A DNA stretch of 64,000 nucleotides from Lepidodermella squamata (lineage: Eukaryota > Animalia > Gastrotricha): assembly GCA_047495785.1 (NCBI GenBank), contig JBLDXI010000029.1, forward strand, positions 1,364,001 through 1,428,000, in the 5' to 3' direction. The position numbers and the translations under genes are program-made. The notes below the pieces were generated by a model that was not told where the DNA came from, searched no databases, and saw only the letters and a program-made list of their open reading frames with translations. Below, piece after piece: positions 11,866 through 24,259 of this stretch (positions within the stretch are counted from its first letter, which is position 1; each line of letters starts with the position of its first letter).

Positions 11866-12644
11866 TTTAATTGCTGTCTAAAATAATAAAAATTGAAATT
11901 ATTGCGATTTTTCGATAATTTTTTGTTATTGCTCAGGTAAAATTCAAGGATGCTAAAATTTGAGTCATTGGCGCCACGTGACCTTACGTGGTGACAATTA
12001 TAGATGACAGAAACTTAAAACGTCGCGCAAGTTTTTATTATATGAAGTCGCTTCGCGCTGTTTCCCAAAATTGAGAACAAGTTCAATGGGACATCCATGT
12101 GGTAAAACGCCTCATTTAACACCCCTTTCAATGAAATTAATATTTCGACTCAAATAAATGCTCTTTCTAATCGATCTTAAGACAAAAGTATAACAAATGC
12201 CAACCCAAACTGTCAATTGTCAATTTTCCACGCTTCGTGAACAACGCATATCGCATAATATCGGCTTAATTAATGATAATTTTTTGAGACTGAAAAATGG
12301 ACAGAAAAAAATCACCTGTGCGGTTGATTGTCCGGTTAACAGTTGAACAATAATTATTTGTGAATTATTAAACTGATCAGCCAGTTTGCATCAGCAATTT
12401 CATCGAATTAAATATATTTTAGCTAATGTTGGTTATTGAGCGGAACGCCTGATCTTTTGGCTATGATCCATATGCAATCAGCTATTACAATTACATTGGT
12501 ATCTTCACCTAATTAATTTCTTGACCTCACTAAAAATTGACTTTTCGAAATAATTATTCGATAAAATACAAATTATTGGCTCATTTAAAAAATTAAGGGT
12601 GACCACACGCGAAATTCGAGAAATTTGGTGACAATGCTCTTTAA

Positions 12645-13148
12645 CACTTTAACTGCCAAAAATAGACTGCGAGGTCCGATATTTGGGTCTAATTCCTGGG
12701 TCTGTCAAAAAGTCATTGTTTTCGGGTCAACGATGCGTCGAGGGGCAAACTGCCTGACGGCAAAGTGTAGGCCATCACCTGGCGGTTCTTTTGACACCGA
12801 ATTCGGGGCCACAAGGTCTCAGCAGGTCATTGAAAATGACAGTGAAATAACGTCAAAATTTTGGATTAGAGCCAAAAATCAGACCCAAGAATTGGACCTA
12901 ATTATTAGACCTAGATTATGGCGCAACAATCGAAATTTCACTGTTTTTCAAGTTTGATTTCTGTGCGTTCCTTGAAGTCTTTGGCCCCGAATTCGGTGTC
13001 AAAAGAACCGCCAGGTGATGGCCTACACTTTGCCGTCGGACAGTTTGCCCCTCGACGCATCGTTGACCCGAAAACAATGACTTTTTGACAGACCCAGTAA
13101 TTAGCTCCAAATATCGGATCTCGCAGTCTATTTTTGGCAGTTAAAGTG
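12645..13148. mobile_element. Non-autonomous foldback/MITE, piggyBac-like (TTAA target site)
   Basis: ~165-bp near-perfect terminal inverted repeats (CACTTTAACTGCCAAAAATAGACTGCGAG... / ...CTCGCAGTCTATTTTTGGCAGTTAAAGTG) flanked by TTAA at 12641-12644 and 13149-13152; no transposase ORF. Confidence 0.85.
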
Positions 13149-13155
13149 TTAATAT

Positions 13156-13233
13156 CTAGTTGAGATATTATTATAGTCGCCCGATGATTGGTGAGATCTG
13201 ATTCTAATCATCGGGTGAGTATAATCTCAACTA
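13156..13233. repeat. Short imperfect hairpin (~78 nt)
   Basis: TAGTTGAGAT...TATAGTCGCCCGATGATTGG pairs with CTAATCATCGGGTGAGTATAATCTCAACTA. Confidence 0.6.
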
Positions 13234-13862
13234 ACCTTTCGAAAAGCTGAGACGATTCTTCTGGACACGTGAAGACTTGTCCCGGCCAAGTCTCGATTTT
13301 TAATCGAATTTTAAAAGCGTTACTTAAAAAACTGCTTCGATTGAACTGTGATTATTATTGAAGAAGAAGTGATGTCTTCACTTCTTCGAATAAATTGAAA
13401 TATCAGATCACGTGAATACTCCACACAGACATTTCCGATAAAGAAAGTTATAATAAGAAATTTTCAAAAGTGAATTATCATGCCATGTGAACGTACCTTC
13501 TAAGTTGAGATCTTCAGGTTATTTCGACTTGCCAGAAGATAATTTTCACCGATTATTTACCGCTATTTATTCAGAAAAAAACACGTTTCTTGAAGGCTGA
13601 ACATTATATTGAGCGGGAAAATTTTTAAATTTTAAATAAGGTTGGTGATTGGTAATTGCTAATTTTCCTAATTGCTAATTGCTAAGATTAATCCTTGATT
13701 TTTTGACCGTTCAAAATGGATTTTTCCAACGTATACCTAAATATTTTAGCTAATTTTAGTAATTTTGCTAATTTTGTGCGATCACCTATACACTTACAAT
13801 TATCCCATGAGCTGCACGCACTGCCGTTAAATAATTGGGTCAAATTCCTAAAAGATGATTAG

Positions 13863-14050
13863 CAGGGTTGGGCTCGAAAGAAAAGTGCAAACTTTGAGTC
13901 ATGAACATTTTTTAATGGATGATGATCCTGGTGGGCCAATTTATCTACCATATGTAGCTCTTAGGTATGGCTAAACCCAGGTAAAATTTAGCCCTTCATT
14001 GTTGCGTAAAAAAATTGCAAATTTACACTTTTCCTTCGATCTCAGCCTTG
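13863..14050. repeat. Degenerate inverted-repeat element (old MITE?)
   Basis: CAGGGTTGGGCTCGAAAGAAAAGTGCAAA versus reverse complement of the right end CAAGGCTGAGATCGAAGGAAAAGTGTAAA; no TSD seen. Confidence 0.4.
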
Positions 14051-14823
14051 TTGGAAAAAATATTTAATTCAAAGAATAATAAATTTTTCAACTCAATGCG
14101 GTCCTGAATTTCACTCTTCAATTGCAGATATTCAATTTTTTCTTTGATATGCCAAAATTAAAAAATATCCTCACTAAATCATAAAACGACTCCCGAAGTT
14201 TTGAAAGCTTTTATGACTCCTTTCGCCTATATCCTAATTAAATTGTATATAACCTTGATTAACCGTCGACTGTTGTCTCGTCTGGCGGGGAAATCCGGGC
14301 GTAGACAAATTGCGGAACGACTCGCAGACAAAAAATGTACGCGAAAATTTACCCACATTTTTACTCAACATTTTCATGGTATACACAGAAATCAGGAATA
14401 ATTTAAAAAATGATGCGCATTCCTATACCTGAGTTTGCATAAATAAATAATAATTTATAAATAATGAATAATAGTCTCGAAAAAATCCAATCTTGGAACT
14501 CGTCCAATGAATGTCTTTTTTGTTAGAAATAGATCACAACAAACAGTTTACGTCTAGATACGACCCGACATTAATTTTTAAAATAAATCGAGACAACTAA
14601 TAGCCTTGATTGAGTTAACAGTTTTTTCGCATACATTTTTTGCGGTCGCATGTCGCATGACAGCAGTCGCCGAATTAAATTACGCCGATAGCTCACATGC
14701 CAATTAGCATTTGCGTAAAAAAAAAACTTCGCATGAAATTGTTGTCAGTTTCAGTCGACTTGGCGCTATTTAAAACCCTAATCGAGTCACTTTTTTTTGT
14801 TTAGTTTTAAAAGAGCTCTAAAC

Positions 14824-15472
14824 ATGCCTCATCATCAATTTGTTCCGGCGGTTTTCATTGGCCTCAGCCTAATGATGATGAATGCGTACTCGAAGGTTCT
14901 ACCCGAAGATTTGCTCAACGAAAGCCCGAGTTCAAGCCATCATCTGCTCGAAAGTGGCAAAGCTGAGGAGGATTCGGATAAGATCAAACTCGATCGAGCA
15001 GCCATCAAACTCGCTATTTCAACCATGAGCCAGAGTGAACGTGACAAAATCATCGACGTCCTTACTGATAAGGATAAAATACCATATCTGAGTAAGTCCG
15101 TAATTTAAAATTAAAATTTCATTTTGAAATTTGAAATTTGAAATGTTAGAATTAAAAAATTATAAAAATATTTTTGAAATTATTGAAATTTATATTTTTT
15201 TAAAAAATTGAAATTTATTTTAATAATTTTTTTAAAATTTTTCAGAAGCTTTGATCAAGGCTTTGAAACGAGGCAGCATAAAATCGTCGAATAAGCTTGC
15301 TCGAGCTGTTATGCAGCAAATGATGGCGGCTTACAACAAGCGAATGGCCCGCTGTCTGGCCGCCTTCAGCAACTCAAAACAGGTGTGCTCGCTACAAGCG
15401 TCCTTCTACATTTGGGCTCAAGAGGTTGCTGGTGATATTTTAAACGGCGATATTACCAAAGTGATCCACTGA
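14824..15472 (+). CDS. Secreted C-x9-C/FYxWA peptide family, member P1
   Basis: Signal peptide MPHHQFVPAVFIGLSLMMMNAYS; phase-1 intron; core KRMARCLAAFSNSKQVCSLQASFYIWAQEVAGDIL (C-x10-C variant). Confidence 0.85.
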
Positions 15473-17086
15473 TTCATCATCACCATTGGCTGCGCATCAA
15501 TTTTCTTCTTCAGCTACATTTTTTCACCACAACATAATGATAATGATAATTTGTTAGTGATCAGCTTTCAGCCAAACACTTCTTATTGCATGTTCTTCGA
15601 TTTTTCTTTTTTTGCTAATAAAACTTGGAATTTGTCCGATTGATAAAGGATCAATTTTTGATAATAATTATGTCCGCTCAGAATTTTCGGGAGCTAGCTA
15701 TAACAATGCTATGATTTGGAGTTAATGAGGCGTGGTTGATTTCGATTTGCGATCCAGTTATGCTTTATGAATTTTTAACAGGGACGCTAAAATGTTTAGG
15801 TTTCGCCAAAATTGATCAGGGATATGGGGCGTAATTTAATTATCTCCCTTGAAAATGCAATGTTCAATGTTGATAATTTGATCACCTACTTATATTTCAT
15901 GCCAGGTCATGATGTCCATAAAATATGCGATAATTTATTGCACATCTCACTGATTTCACGAGTCTGAGAAATAACCAGAATTAATTTCTGAGTAGTAGGA
16001 ATTATAATGTCACAGTCTGCATGGCAAATCAGAACGCTATTAAGACACCTGTCGAACCGCGACAGACAGCCACACCCCGGCGTTTTTTATTGTTCACGTA
16101 CTTGCTCTATAAGAAAGAAGGACTCATCAGTCATTTGTTCAATTTCACAAAAATTAATGAAGAAAATTGGGTGACAAAATGAATAGATAAACGCTAAATT
16201 ATTTTATTTTTACGTCCACCTAATGGACTGTTGAAATTGAATCGATGGAACAACAATAGCCGATTACCCTTGCGTTATCAGGAGGAAATCATAGCTCGAG
16301 TACAAAAACGTGCAAGGACTAAAATGAAACGGGATAAAATTGAATTTCGCTTAATAAAATTCTTAAAAAAATTGAATTTTAAAAATTTCCGCTCGAATAT
16401 ACGGCATCAAACAAGCAATAACCATTTATTAGACTGATAGTTAGTTGAGCAATTATTCCAACCCGGCCACAACTGAAAAATAGATTGGGCGTTCCTCATC
16501 CTCGTCTCAACGAGAGGCATAGTTCAATATCAAATTTAAACCGAAATTTGTAAAATTCAATTTTATGCGAAATTTTCAGTGAATAGCTGGATACTATAGC
16601 ACTTTTAATTTGTCCAACGCGCTTAGTTTCAAAATTTTCCTTTTCGTGGTACATCCCTATCTTTCTCTCTATCTGTCATTCCTCCCTATTTTTGGCAGAG
16701 ATTTGCGCTATTTTCCTCTGAGTTGAAAACCTTCTAACAAAATATTTTTAGTCAATTCGTAAAATCAGACAAATTCGTCATAACCTGATCATCAATTACG
16801 GCATGGAAAGTTTATGAACACATGAAACGGGTCTTCAGCTGAAATAACACCTTTCTTATAGGACATGCACGTACACCACTGACATTTGACGTATGCATCA
16901 CCAAAACTCTTGAATCAATGTCCGCTTTTTCTTTCGTAAATATGTAATTATCCAAAAATATCTTGAACTCGTTCTCTATTATTTATCGAAAGACGAACTA
17001 AACTTCTTTCAAGCCACGTGGCTGTCATTTGATAAATCATCATCAGTCTTTTGCTATTTTTATAGCGTGAAAATGTTGGCAATAAG

Positions 17087-17934
17087 TCAAAGAGCCTGCT
17101 GAACCGCGTGATGCAGTAGGCGGAAGAATTTATCCCAGGCCAGTCGCACGTCGTTGTAATTGAAGCTGAAATTAGACTGCGCCCCGCCGCCCACGGTTGC
17201 CTCGATCAGGTGCTGGAAAATGTCCAGTGACTGCAAGATATCCTGCGACGTCACGCCGTAACTTGCATGCCGCTTAACCAGGGCCCCGACGTGCTTCTTA
17301 AAAGCCTTCTGCCGGTTAACCCGCTCAAGGCACTTGTCCAACGCGTACAAAATCATTATTCCCTGCCCCTAAGCAAGAAAAAATCGAATTACAATAAGAA
17401 GGGGCGGAGTCGAATTGTTTTTACCATCAACTCCCAAGATTCGCCGTATTTGATAGGGCGATTTGGTGATTTTTTGAAGTTTTGCTTAACATGCGGCATC
17501 TCGTCGAACATTCGCTTCAAGCCTTCATGGCCAATTGTCTCCGCGTTCCGCTTGATGACTTCACACGTGAGCCGCAGCAACTTGTAGTCTTCCTTTGTCA
17601 AATCGTTCTCGTTCGAAAATCGGCGCCTGATCACATCGAAAATTTCGATGCGATCGTTATTTCGCTCTTCTTCAATATCGGCATCAATGCAAAAGCTGCT
17701 GTTGCAGTACGACGCTGAGTCGACTGAAAGACGAAGGTGCTTATCGCTTCCAGATATCGAATTGGAGATTGTTAGGTCTTCTAGGCCGCTGTTTGCCCGC
17801 CGGGGCATGCGCTCGGTTGAAGGAATTTCAGTGAACTTGCGGCACTCTGATGGCGTGCCGTTGCAGCCAATGTCATCCAAACTTTTGCGATGACTACGGC
17901 GTCGATGTTGAGCGCCAGACTGCACAAGGCCCAT
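17087..17934 (-). CDS. Globin with long N-terminal extension and myristoylation motif, copy 1; exons 17934-17425, 17368-17087
   Basis: MGLVQS start; globin fold LTKEDYKLLRLT..IGHEGLKRMFDEMPHVKQNF(CD1)..ELM|GQGI..LVKRH(F8)ASYGV..AWDKFF. Confidence 0.85.
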
Positions 17935-17985
17935 GATTGTCAGAAAAGGAGGTGAAAGGTCAGATTTTGCCGGTAAAAAAGCCGG

Positions 17986-17992
17986 TTTTATA
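17986..17992 (-). promoter_or_regulatory. TATA box of globin copy 1
   Basis: TATAAAA on the minus strand ~52 nt upstream of the ATG; the same GGTATAAAA occurs upstream of the paralog. Confidence 0.5.
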
Positions 17993-18360
17993 CCTTGTGA
18001 ATCCTTTCGTGAAATGAGCGATTTTCAGAGTTCGTTTCTTGCCTAATCTTGTCTGGTAAAACTTAATCCCACTCGCATTAGCCGGTTTCTCATTTCCGAC
18101 GACTATAAAGGGTCAGAAGCCGCTGTAAAGTCCGCATTGAGGATAACGATGGTTTCCCACGTAAGTCGCAAAATTCTAAATTTTCTACTGTCGGGTTTCC
18201 TAAACTGATGACGAAGGTAAGAATCCGCATCTGGATTGTCTCGATGACCCTAACCCTGACCTTTATAATTTTCAACATTTAAACTCGAATACCACATGTT
18301 TACCTTATCAATTTATTTCGCTAAAGAGGCATATCCATTTGAGGAGGATGAGAATAACTA

Positions 18361-19356
18361 TCAAATTTCAACAGACTTGTTTTGAGTGAAGTAAAGTTTG
18401 TGTATGCTTCCACCGTTGTTAAATTCTACAAAACTGCGTGTCCGATTCATTGTCTGGTCGGATAAATTGCTCGACAGCTCGTCATGCCGGCGCTTCATCG
18501 ACTGCTTATGCGCCCACTGTTGCACTTCATGGTGCATGCTGGCGAAGAATTTGTTCAACGCATAGCAAACATCCGTGTACTCGGTGCACGTTGTCTTCTC
18601 GAAGGCGTAGGACGCGATTATTGAATGAAAAATATCCAGAGCCATAGCGATTTCATCTGGCGGAACGCCGTACTGCTCGTGCGATTTCAGAAGGGTGGCC
18701 ATGTGTTTTCGAAATTTTCGAGCCTTAGACGTGGCTTTCATGGCCTTTTCCAGGGAGCATAGAAGGATAATGCCCTGCCCCATCAACTCCCAAGCCTCGC
18801 CGTTTTTGATGGGCCTGTTCGGAGACTGGACATAGCGAAGTTTGATTTGCGGCATTTTCTTAAACATCCTAGGAAAAATCTCAAAAATTCCCAGAATATT
18901 GCTGAAAAAAGTAACTTACGTTTCAACCCCCTTCCAGGCAACGAATTCACCACTTTGCTTAACCCCTTCGAAAACTATAGCCAGGGTCTTTTGCTCCTCT
19001 CGGGTCGGCAAAAGCTCTTCGATGCTGTTACACTGAGTTGCCGGGTCGTAAGACAAATTCTCGACGGAGGTAAACGCTGAATCTGAGCAATCATCCATCA
19101 GCCCTGATTGATTCGGCGATTGGATGAAGTAGCCTTCTTCTCGCCGTGGAATCGGTCTCTTCGCAACAGACTTTGGCGATAACGTTGCTACCAGGGACCT
19201 CTGTTTCTTCGCTAGACTTTCGCCGCTTGCTTTCACGGAACGATGGGGCAGAAGGTCTGTTTTAGGGTGCTCATCCTTACCTGAGACTTTCCGCTCCACA
19301 TCAACTGGTAAGTCAGTCCGTTTACGAAATGAACTATGGCTATGTGAATGACCCAT
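18361..19356 (-). CDS. Globin with long N-terminal extension and myristoylation motif, copy 2; exons 19356-18920, 18868-18361
   Basis: MGHSHS start; VAWKGVET|MFKKMPQIKLRY..SPNRPIK.GE.WELMGQGI..LLKSH(F8)EQYGV; intron at globin position B12.2. Confidence 0.85.
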
Positions 19357-19390
19357 AATTAGTGATAAAATTACGATAGTTTATCCGAGC

Positions 19391-19397
19391 TTTTATA
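19391..19397 (-). promoter_or_regulatory. TATA box of globin copy 2
   Basis: GGTATAAAAG on the minus strand ~35 nt upstream of the ATG. Confidence 0.5.
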
Positions 19398-19890
19398 CCC
19401 CAGGATTTGGCAAGATTTCAACGCTTTTTTGCACAAGTTTCTTATGACGAACTTCAGGGATTATACGGATATGCATTTGTAGGGCTTTCTGACACAGTGA
19501 TATGACCAGTTATAGAAAGCCACTCCCGATCCAGACAAGCGCGTGTCGCCCTGCTAGAAGAAGCCATTTTTTACCTCGTTATTCAAGACAAAAGGTAATA
19601 GAGGCGTTCGGAATTGAGTGAATAGCGCGCTGTCACAATGGCTCACGGCGTCAACAATATACAGGATCGCGTTAATAGTATCACCCTGCGGAATGAATGG
19701 AGAGCGCGCTTAAATATTTACCAAGCGCTTTCTCATGAAAGTGAGACGGACAGAGAGATGTGCGGGAGATGGAAAAAGCTGCCTGAAATAACAGCTGCTT
19801 TTTCATCACAATACGTTTTTCATCACTCTCAGGGCACCTGCTGAGGTTTTGAATAATTATAAAACATTTATTTTCATCTCGTTATAAATA

Positions 19891-20187
19891 ATGCATTCAG
19901 CCTCATCGAGTCACTTCGAGATGCAGATCAATAAGCAATCGCATGCGCCGAACTACTCCAAGTTGTCTCAGCATGACCGCGGACGGGACAACAGCCGGTT
20001 GCAGATTGCGCAGAGCACGGCGACAATCGCGCAGATGGAGGAGCATAAAGCGGTTCCGGATCATCAGTCTAGGATAAATCGTTACCATTTAGCGATCATT
20101 TTCGCGCTGATTTCACTTGCTTTTGTCGCTGGCTGGGTTATGCTGCTTGTTGCTTATTTCATGCGATGGGGCATTTTTGACCAATAA
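19891..20187 (+). CDS. Small single-pass (C-terminally anchored) membrane protein, unknown function
   Basis: 98-aa ORF with hydrophilic N-terminus and one long hydrophobic segment LAIIFALISLAFVAGWVMLLVAYF; AATAAA follows the stop. Confidence 0.55.
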   Translation: MHSASSSHFEMQINKQSHAPNYSKLSQHDRGRDNSRLQIAQSTATIAQMEEHKAVPDHQSRINRYHLAIIFALISLAFVAGWVMLLVAYFMRWGIFDQ

Positions 20188-20639
20188 ACACCAATAAAAT
20201 ACGAGTCAAAGTAATTACCAATGTTTCATTTTGAAGTTCAGTATTTGACATTTTCAAGTTTTTTCTTTCACCGAAGAGAACTGCGTAGAGAACGAATGAA
20301 GGATTAAGATTTCAGTCACGTGGCCCTACCTGATGCCACACCTGGGCGATAATCTTAGCCGAAGTTGCTGGGAAGCCATCTTCAGAGAAATTGCTTGTCA
20401 ATTTGATGAGATTTGCCGAGCTGCTGTGCCTTTCAAAGGAAAAAGTAAAAGACCAATACAAATTCATGTCCAAAGTCTGCGGATGCTGACTCAAGACTCA
20501 TCTTGAAGTCACTGATAACCGTTTGGGGAAGAGGATGCTAGGAAAATAGCCATCTTTGGTGTGATGTGGTTAAGAGTTCCTAAAGTTATGAGCTGGACTC
20601 AACTTATAGAGAAATAGTTTTTATTTACACTATCGAATA

Positions 20640-21972
20640 TCACAGCGTTATGGTTATATTCTCGAACACGACAGAATTAAGCGGGTAGTCAATATTCAAC
20701 TTATTGTTATGGTGAATTGGCGATGTGATCGAAGCAAAGACTGCGGCTCCTACAGACGCAGAGCAGCATAACCGCCGTAGGCAAATCTCATTCACATGAT
20801 AGTGCTGCTTCAATGACTTTCCCTCATCGCCATTTATCACCGACAAAAATCCGGGCTTCATGATCTTCCAACTCTTAAACATCGACCCAGTACAGGCAAC
20901 GTCGAGTTTACCCTTATTTTTGGTCATGAAGTCTGACAGGGCTGGCCGGCCGTGTAGTCTCTCCATTCTCTTAACCACTCCGACTACCATACTCGCAAGA
21001 TGACGCCCACTTTCGTGAAAAAGGTGTTTAGCCAACGCGTCGTCATTCGCCGCTAGCTCTGATATATTAATAGCTAAACGGGCTATTGTCGACTTGCTGA
21101 ATTTAGGCCCGAAAATCTCGAAAAGTTCTGAGAGATTCGTTATCAAAAGCCGATGAGCTATCGCCTCCCTTGTGGCATGACGATCGAAACTTGAGCAGTC
21201 TATGCTACAAGCCCCGCTGTGTCTAACGAAGCATTCCTCAGATTCAATAACGTGTCGAACCGCCTCTAACGCAATCCAATAAGCCGACCCGAAATCGCCC
21301 AGAGTTGCGCCCCAACCTCCGCAGGTTACAACGTTCAAGCTTCGGTTTGATGGCGATGGAGCGAGGAGTAGGCAGTTTGACCCTGTGCCAGATATGAGTA
21401 TGACTCCTCCGATTTGCGGATGAAAAACAGTTAAGGCGGTTGACAGAGTATCGTTGCAAACGATTATGTGGCATCGGTTGTGGTAAGATGGCCGATTGAA
21501 AGCTGTGTACAAAGCGTCGCGAAGGTTTTTCTGAGTCTCCTGTGTTTCGCAACCTGATATTCCCAGACCCTGAAATATAGGCATAGATGAATCATAGTCC
21601 GAGGCTAATTACTTTATTGTTACTATGGCTATGGTTCGATCGAAAAAATCGTTCCGGTGAATATTGAGCTTCTCAGCGGCTGACATGAGCATTGCGTCAA
21701 TGTTGCGGGCTGAGACATCAGGACCAAGAAACTAGGAATGGAATTCGGATGAAAGATGAAAGCTGAGTGGCTTCAAACCTTACGTAGGGTGAGACTGTTG
21801 CTGCCACTTCAACGTCACATAGATGAACTCCCTCAGAGTTCATAACGACCAATTTTGTTGAAGAAGCTCCTCTAAAAAAGGCAAAGTTAGCATCGATAAA
21901 TCCTAGGAATAGGGGTTGAACTAACCCTTCAACGCCAACGTACAGCTTTTCATGAGTTTCATGAGTTTCCAT
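20640..21972 (-). CDS. NAGK: N-acetylglucosamine kinase-like (BadF/BadG/BcrA/BcrD family), multi-exon
   Basis: LYVGVEG|GASSTK phosphate-1 motif, GLGISG, VCNDT, GVILISGTGSNC, CGGWGATLGDFGSAYWIA, CTGSMFKSW; short GT-AG introns in the 5' part. Confidence 0.92.
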
Positions 21973-22154
21973 GATAATTAAAGATTTCCTAGTACGGAAA
22001 ACGGAGAAATAAACCACTGGGGAATTTGAGTTAAAGTGATCTGGAATCACAGCGAGAAATATCACTCGAAAAATCACAGGGATAAAGGGCTGTCCATTGT
22101 CCATAAATTAACTGAGTAATCACTAAGGTAGTCTTATGAAGAAACGTCTCTTCT

Positions 22155-24259
22155 TCATTTCTTCGTTCTAAGGATTTGTTCGACAACATCGCAAAGTCTC
22201 TCCCGGCCTCTGACTCGTTGAAAAGCTTCGGCCGGGGAGCATCCAGTCAAAGCCAAAACCACAGCACAAGGAACAATTTGCTGCATTTCAGCCGATTCTT
22301 GGATCAGTTGCTCGTCCGGTATGCTGATATCAGCTGCGTCAATGCTTGGCGACTGTTTAATAGCCGCGATGATGCAGCGCCTAGCTTTTGCCAGATCGCA
22401 ACCAGTGACATCAGCAACACTTCGAATTGCGCGCCAAAGTAGCTTCGTATTGCTTGTTTTAACATCAATCATAATATTTTTGTAGATTTTGCCCAGCTGG
22501 CAGTACGTGACGGTGGACGTGATTTGAAGAATGAGCTTAGCCAGAGCTTGCAAATAAAACACACCAAGTCGATCGAAATCGTACAGCCCCTCGAGCTCGA
22601 ATTTCACTATTTTAGACGCATCGCATTGCGTGGTCAATTGCACCGAGTTGCCTACAATTTTAATCTGGAAATGAGCGTCTTTTCCTAGATCAGCCAATCG
22701 TTTTGGATCGAAAAGTGCGTTTGAAGTCTTGAAGGCATTGTTAAAGGTATTTTTCGCCATGATTCCTTCGGCGTTCCGAACAAAGTAGTGCCCATTCCAG
22801 TCGACAGATTGATCCAGAGCTTCTGAGTGGATCATCGGCACCACCTCGCCATGAGCTGCGTTGAAAGTTGGTTCCGCCTCGGAGCAGTCAAAAGCCGCTA
22901 AGATCCCGAGTTCTTTCTCAGCTTCAATCAAAAGGCTTCCGCCTTTCCGCATTTTTTCGGCCAGAAATTTTAGAAAATCAGCGAAGTCACCACCAGTCAA
23001 GCTTGGAAGTTCCAGGATCTTCGTAAAAGATTTAAGCATCTCAGCAATGTCAACGCTAGAAATGAAGTTAAAGAGTATTTGTCTAAGGTAAGCGAGGAGA
23101 CTCACTCTTTGTGCCTTTCTGAGCCAAGTTTGGCATTTAAAGAGCAAAATAATAAGTCCAGAATTACAACAGTTGCCAGGCCACCTTTCATTCTTGAGCT
23201 GCCAGATAGAGCCTCCGGCTAAAAATTGAATTGTACATAAAAGCGAACAGTTATAGGCCGAGATTTTACCATAATAACTGGGGTAATTAGGAATTGGCCA
23301 TTTCTTTCCATCTCAAGAGCAATATCACGAAAAGTGCGGTCAAAATTCTTGATCGGTGCATTCCTATAATGTAAACTATGAGTAGTCATAATCTCAGGAA
23401 TTTGCAAGGCCTACCTTGCTAAATGAGGCGGATTAAAACCAATAGCAACTGGTAGATATGTACTAGGATTTTTTAGCGCGTAATCCAGCTGTCCAGCAAC
23501 ATATGGCGCCCATAGACCAACCGAAATTCCGATGTATAAAACTCGGTCGTAGCCGGCAGAAACTCGCCCCAGTGTAGCCCTACCCTCAACCGCATCGTCT
23601 TCAACTAGCTCGATAGAACTGAATAGAGCTCTGAAATAAGATTTTTTACGTGCAAAGTTCCCATAATGCAGTTATTAGGCTTACTTATCGTCACCTGCGC
23701 AAGAATATAGTACTTCCACCTTGGTTTTCGCATCAGAGAAATGCAGCACCTGGTTGAGCTGTTAAAAAAGCAAGATGTCTAGCTTGCTATTAGACCACTT
23801 GAAAGCATCATTATTACCGCTGTTAGAAAGCAGATGCGTCCAGACGTGCCGCAGCCGCCGAGGATAATTGCCGGTTTCTCGCCAGACTGGAACAACAAAA
23901 AGAGCGCTGCTACAAATCAAATAAACAAAATAAAACCAGAATTTACCTTCAAAAACTCAGCAGCTTTTTCAGTAAACTCTTCAAATTTGCCCACGAAATG
24001 TGGTAGTGAGTAAGACTGCACAGGTATATGAAAACACAACGCGTTAAGCTTAACTTTATTGCATATTATACCAACATACTGGGCGTAGATTTTCAGTGAA
24101 AATCTGTTTGTGGCAGTCCAAAACGATTTTCAGCATTTCTACACAAGAAACATATTTAAATTGCTAATAAGAAATGCTAAGCTTACCCTCGACAGAGGAG
24201 TTGCTCAAATTGGCAGAGAGCCAATTTTTTCGCTCAGTGTAAGGCAAAATGTCACCCAT
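22155..24259 (-). CDS. GCKR: Glucokinase regulatory protein-like (SIS-domain, MurQ-related), multi-exon
   Basis: Exons read LPYTERKNWLSANL, ILGGCGTSGRICFL, AGDD..ELVEDDAVEG, YIGISVGLWAPYVAGQLDY, IGFNP, EALSGSSRMKGGLAT and LGKIYKNIMIDVKTSNTKLLWRA, matching GKRP motifs in order. Confidence 0.88.

Noticed and set aside
12625-13110. 110-aa and 64-aa ORFs inside the inverted repeat
   Set aside because: They lie in the MITE arms and have no transposase motifs.
22155-24259. Active MurQ etherase or recent bacterial transfer
   Set aside because: The MurQ DASE catalytic motif after TSGR is absent (TSGRICFL), the motifs follow animal GKRP, and the gene has several introns.
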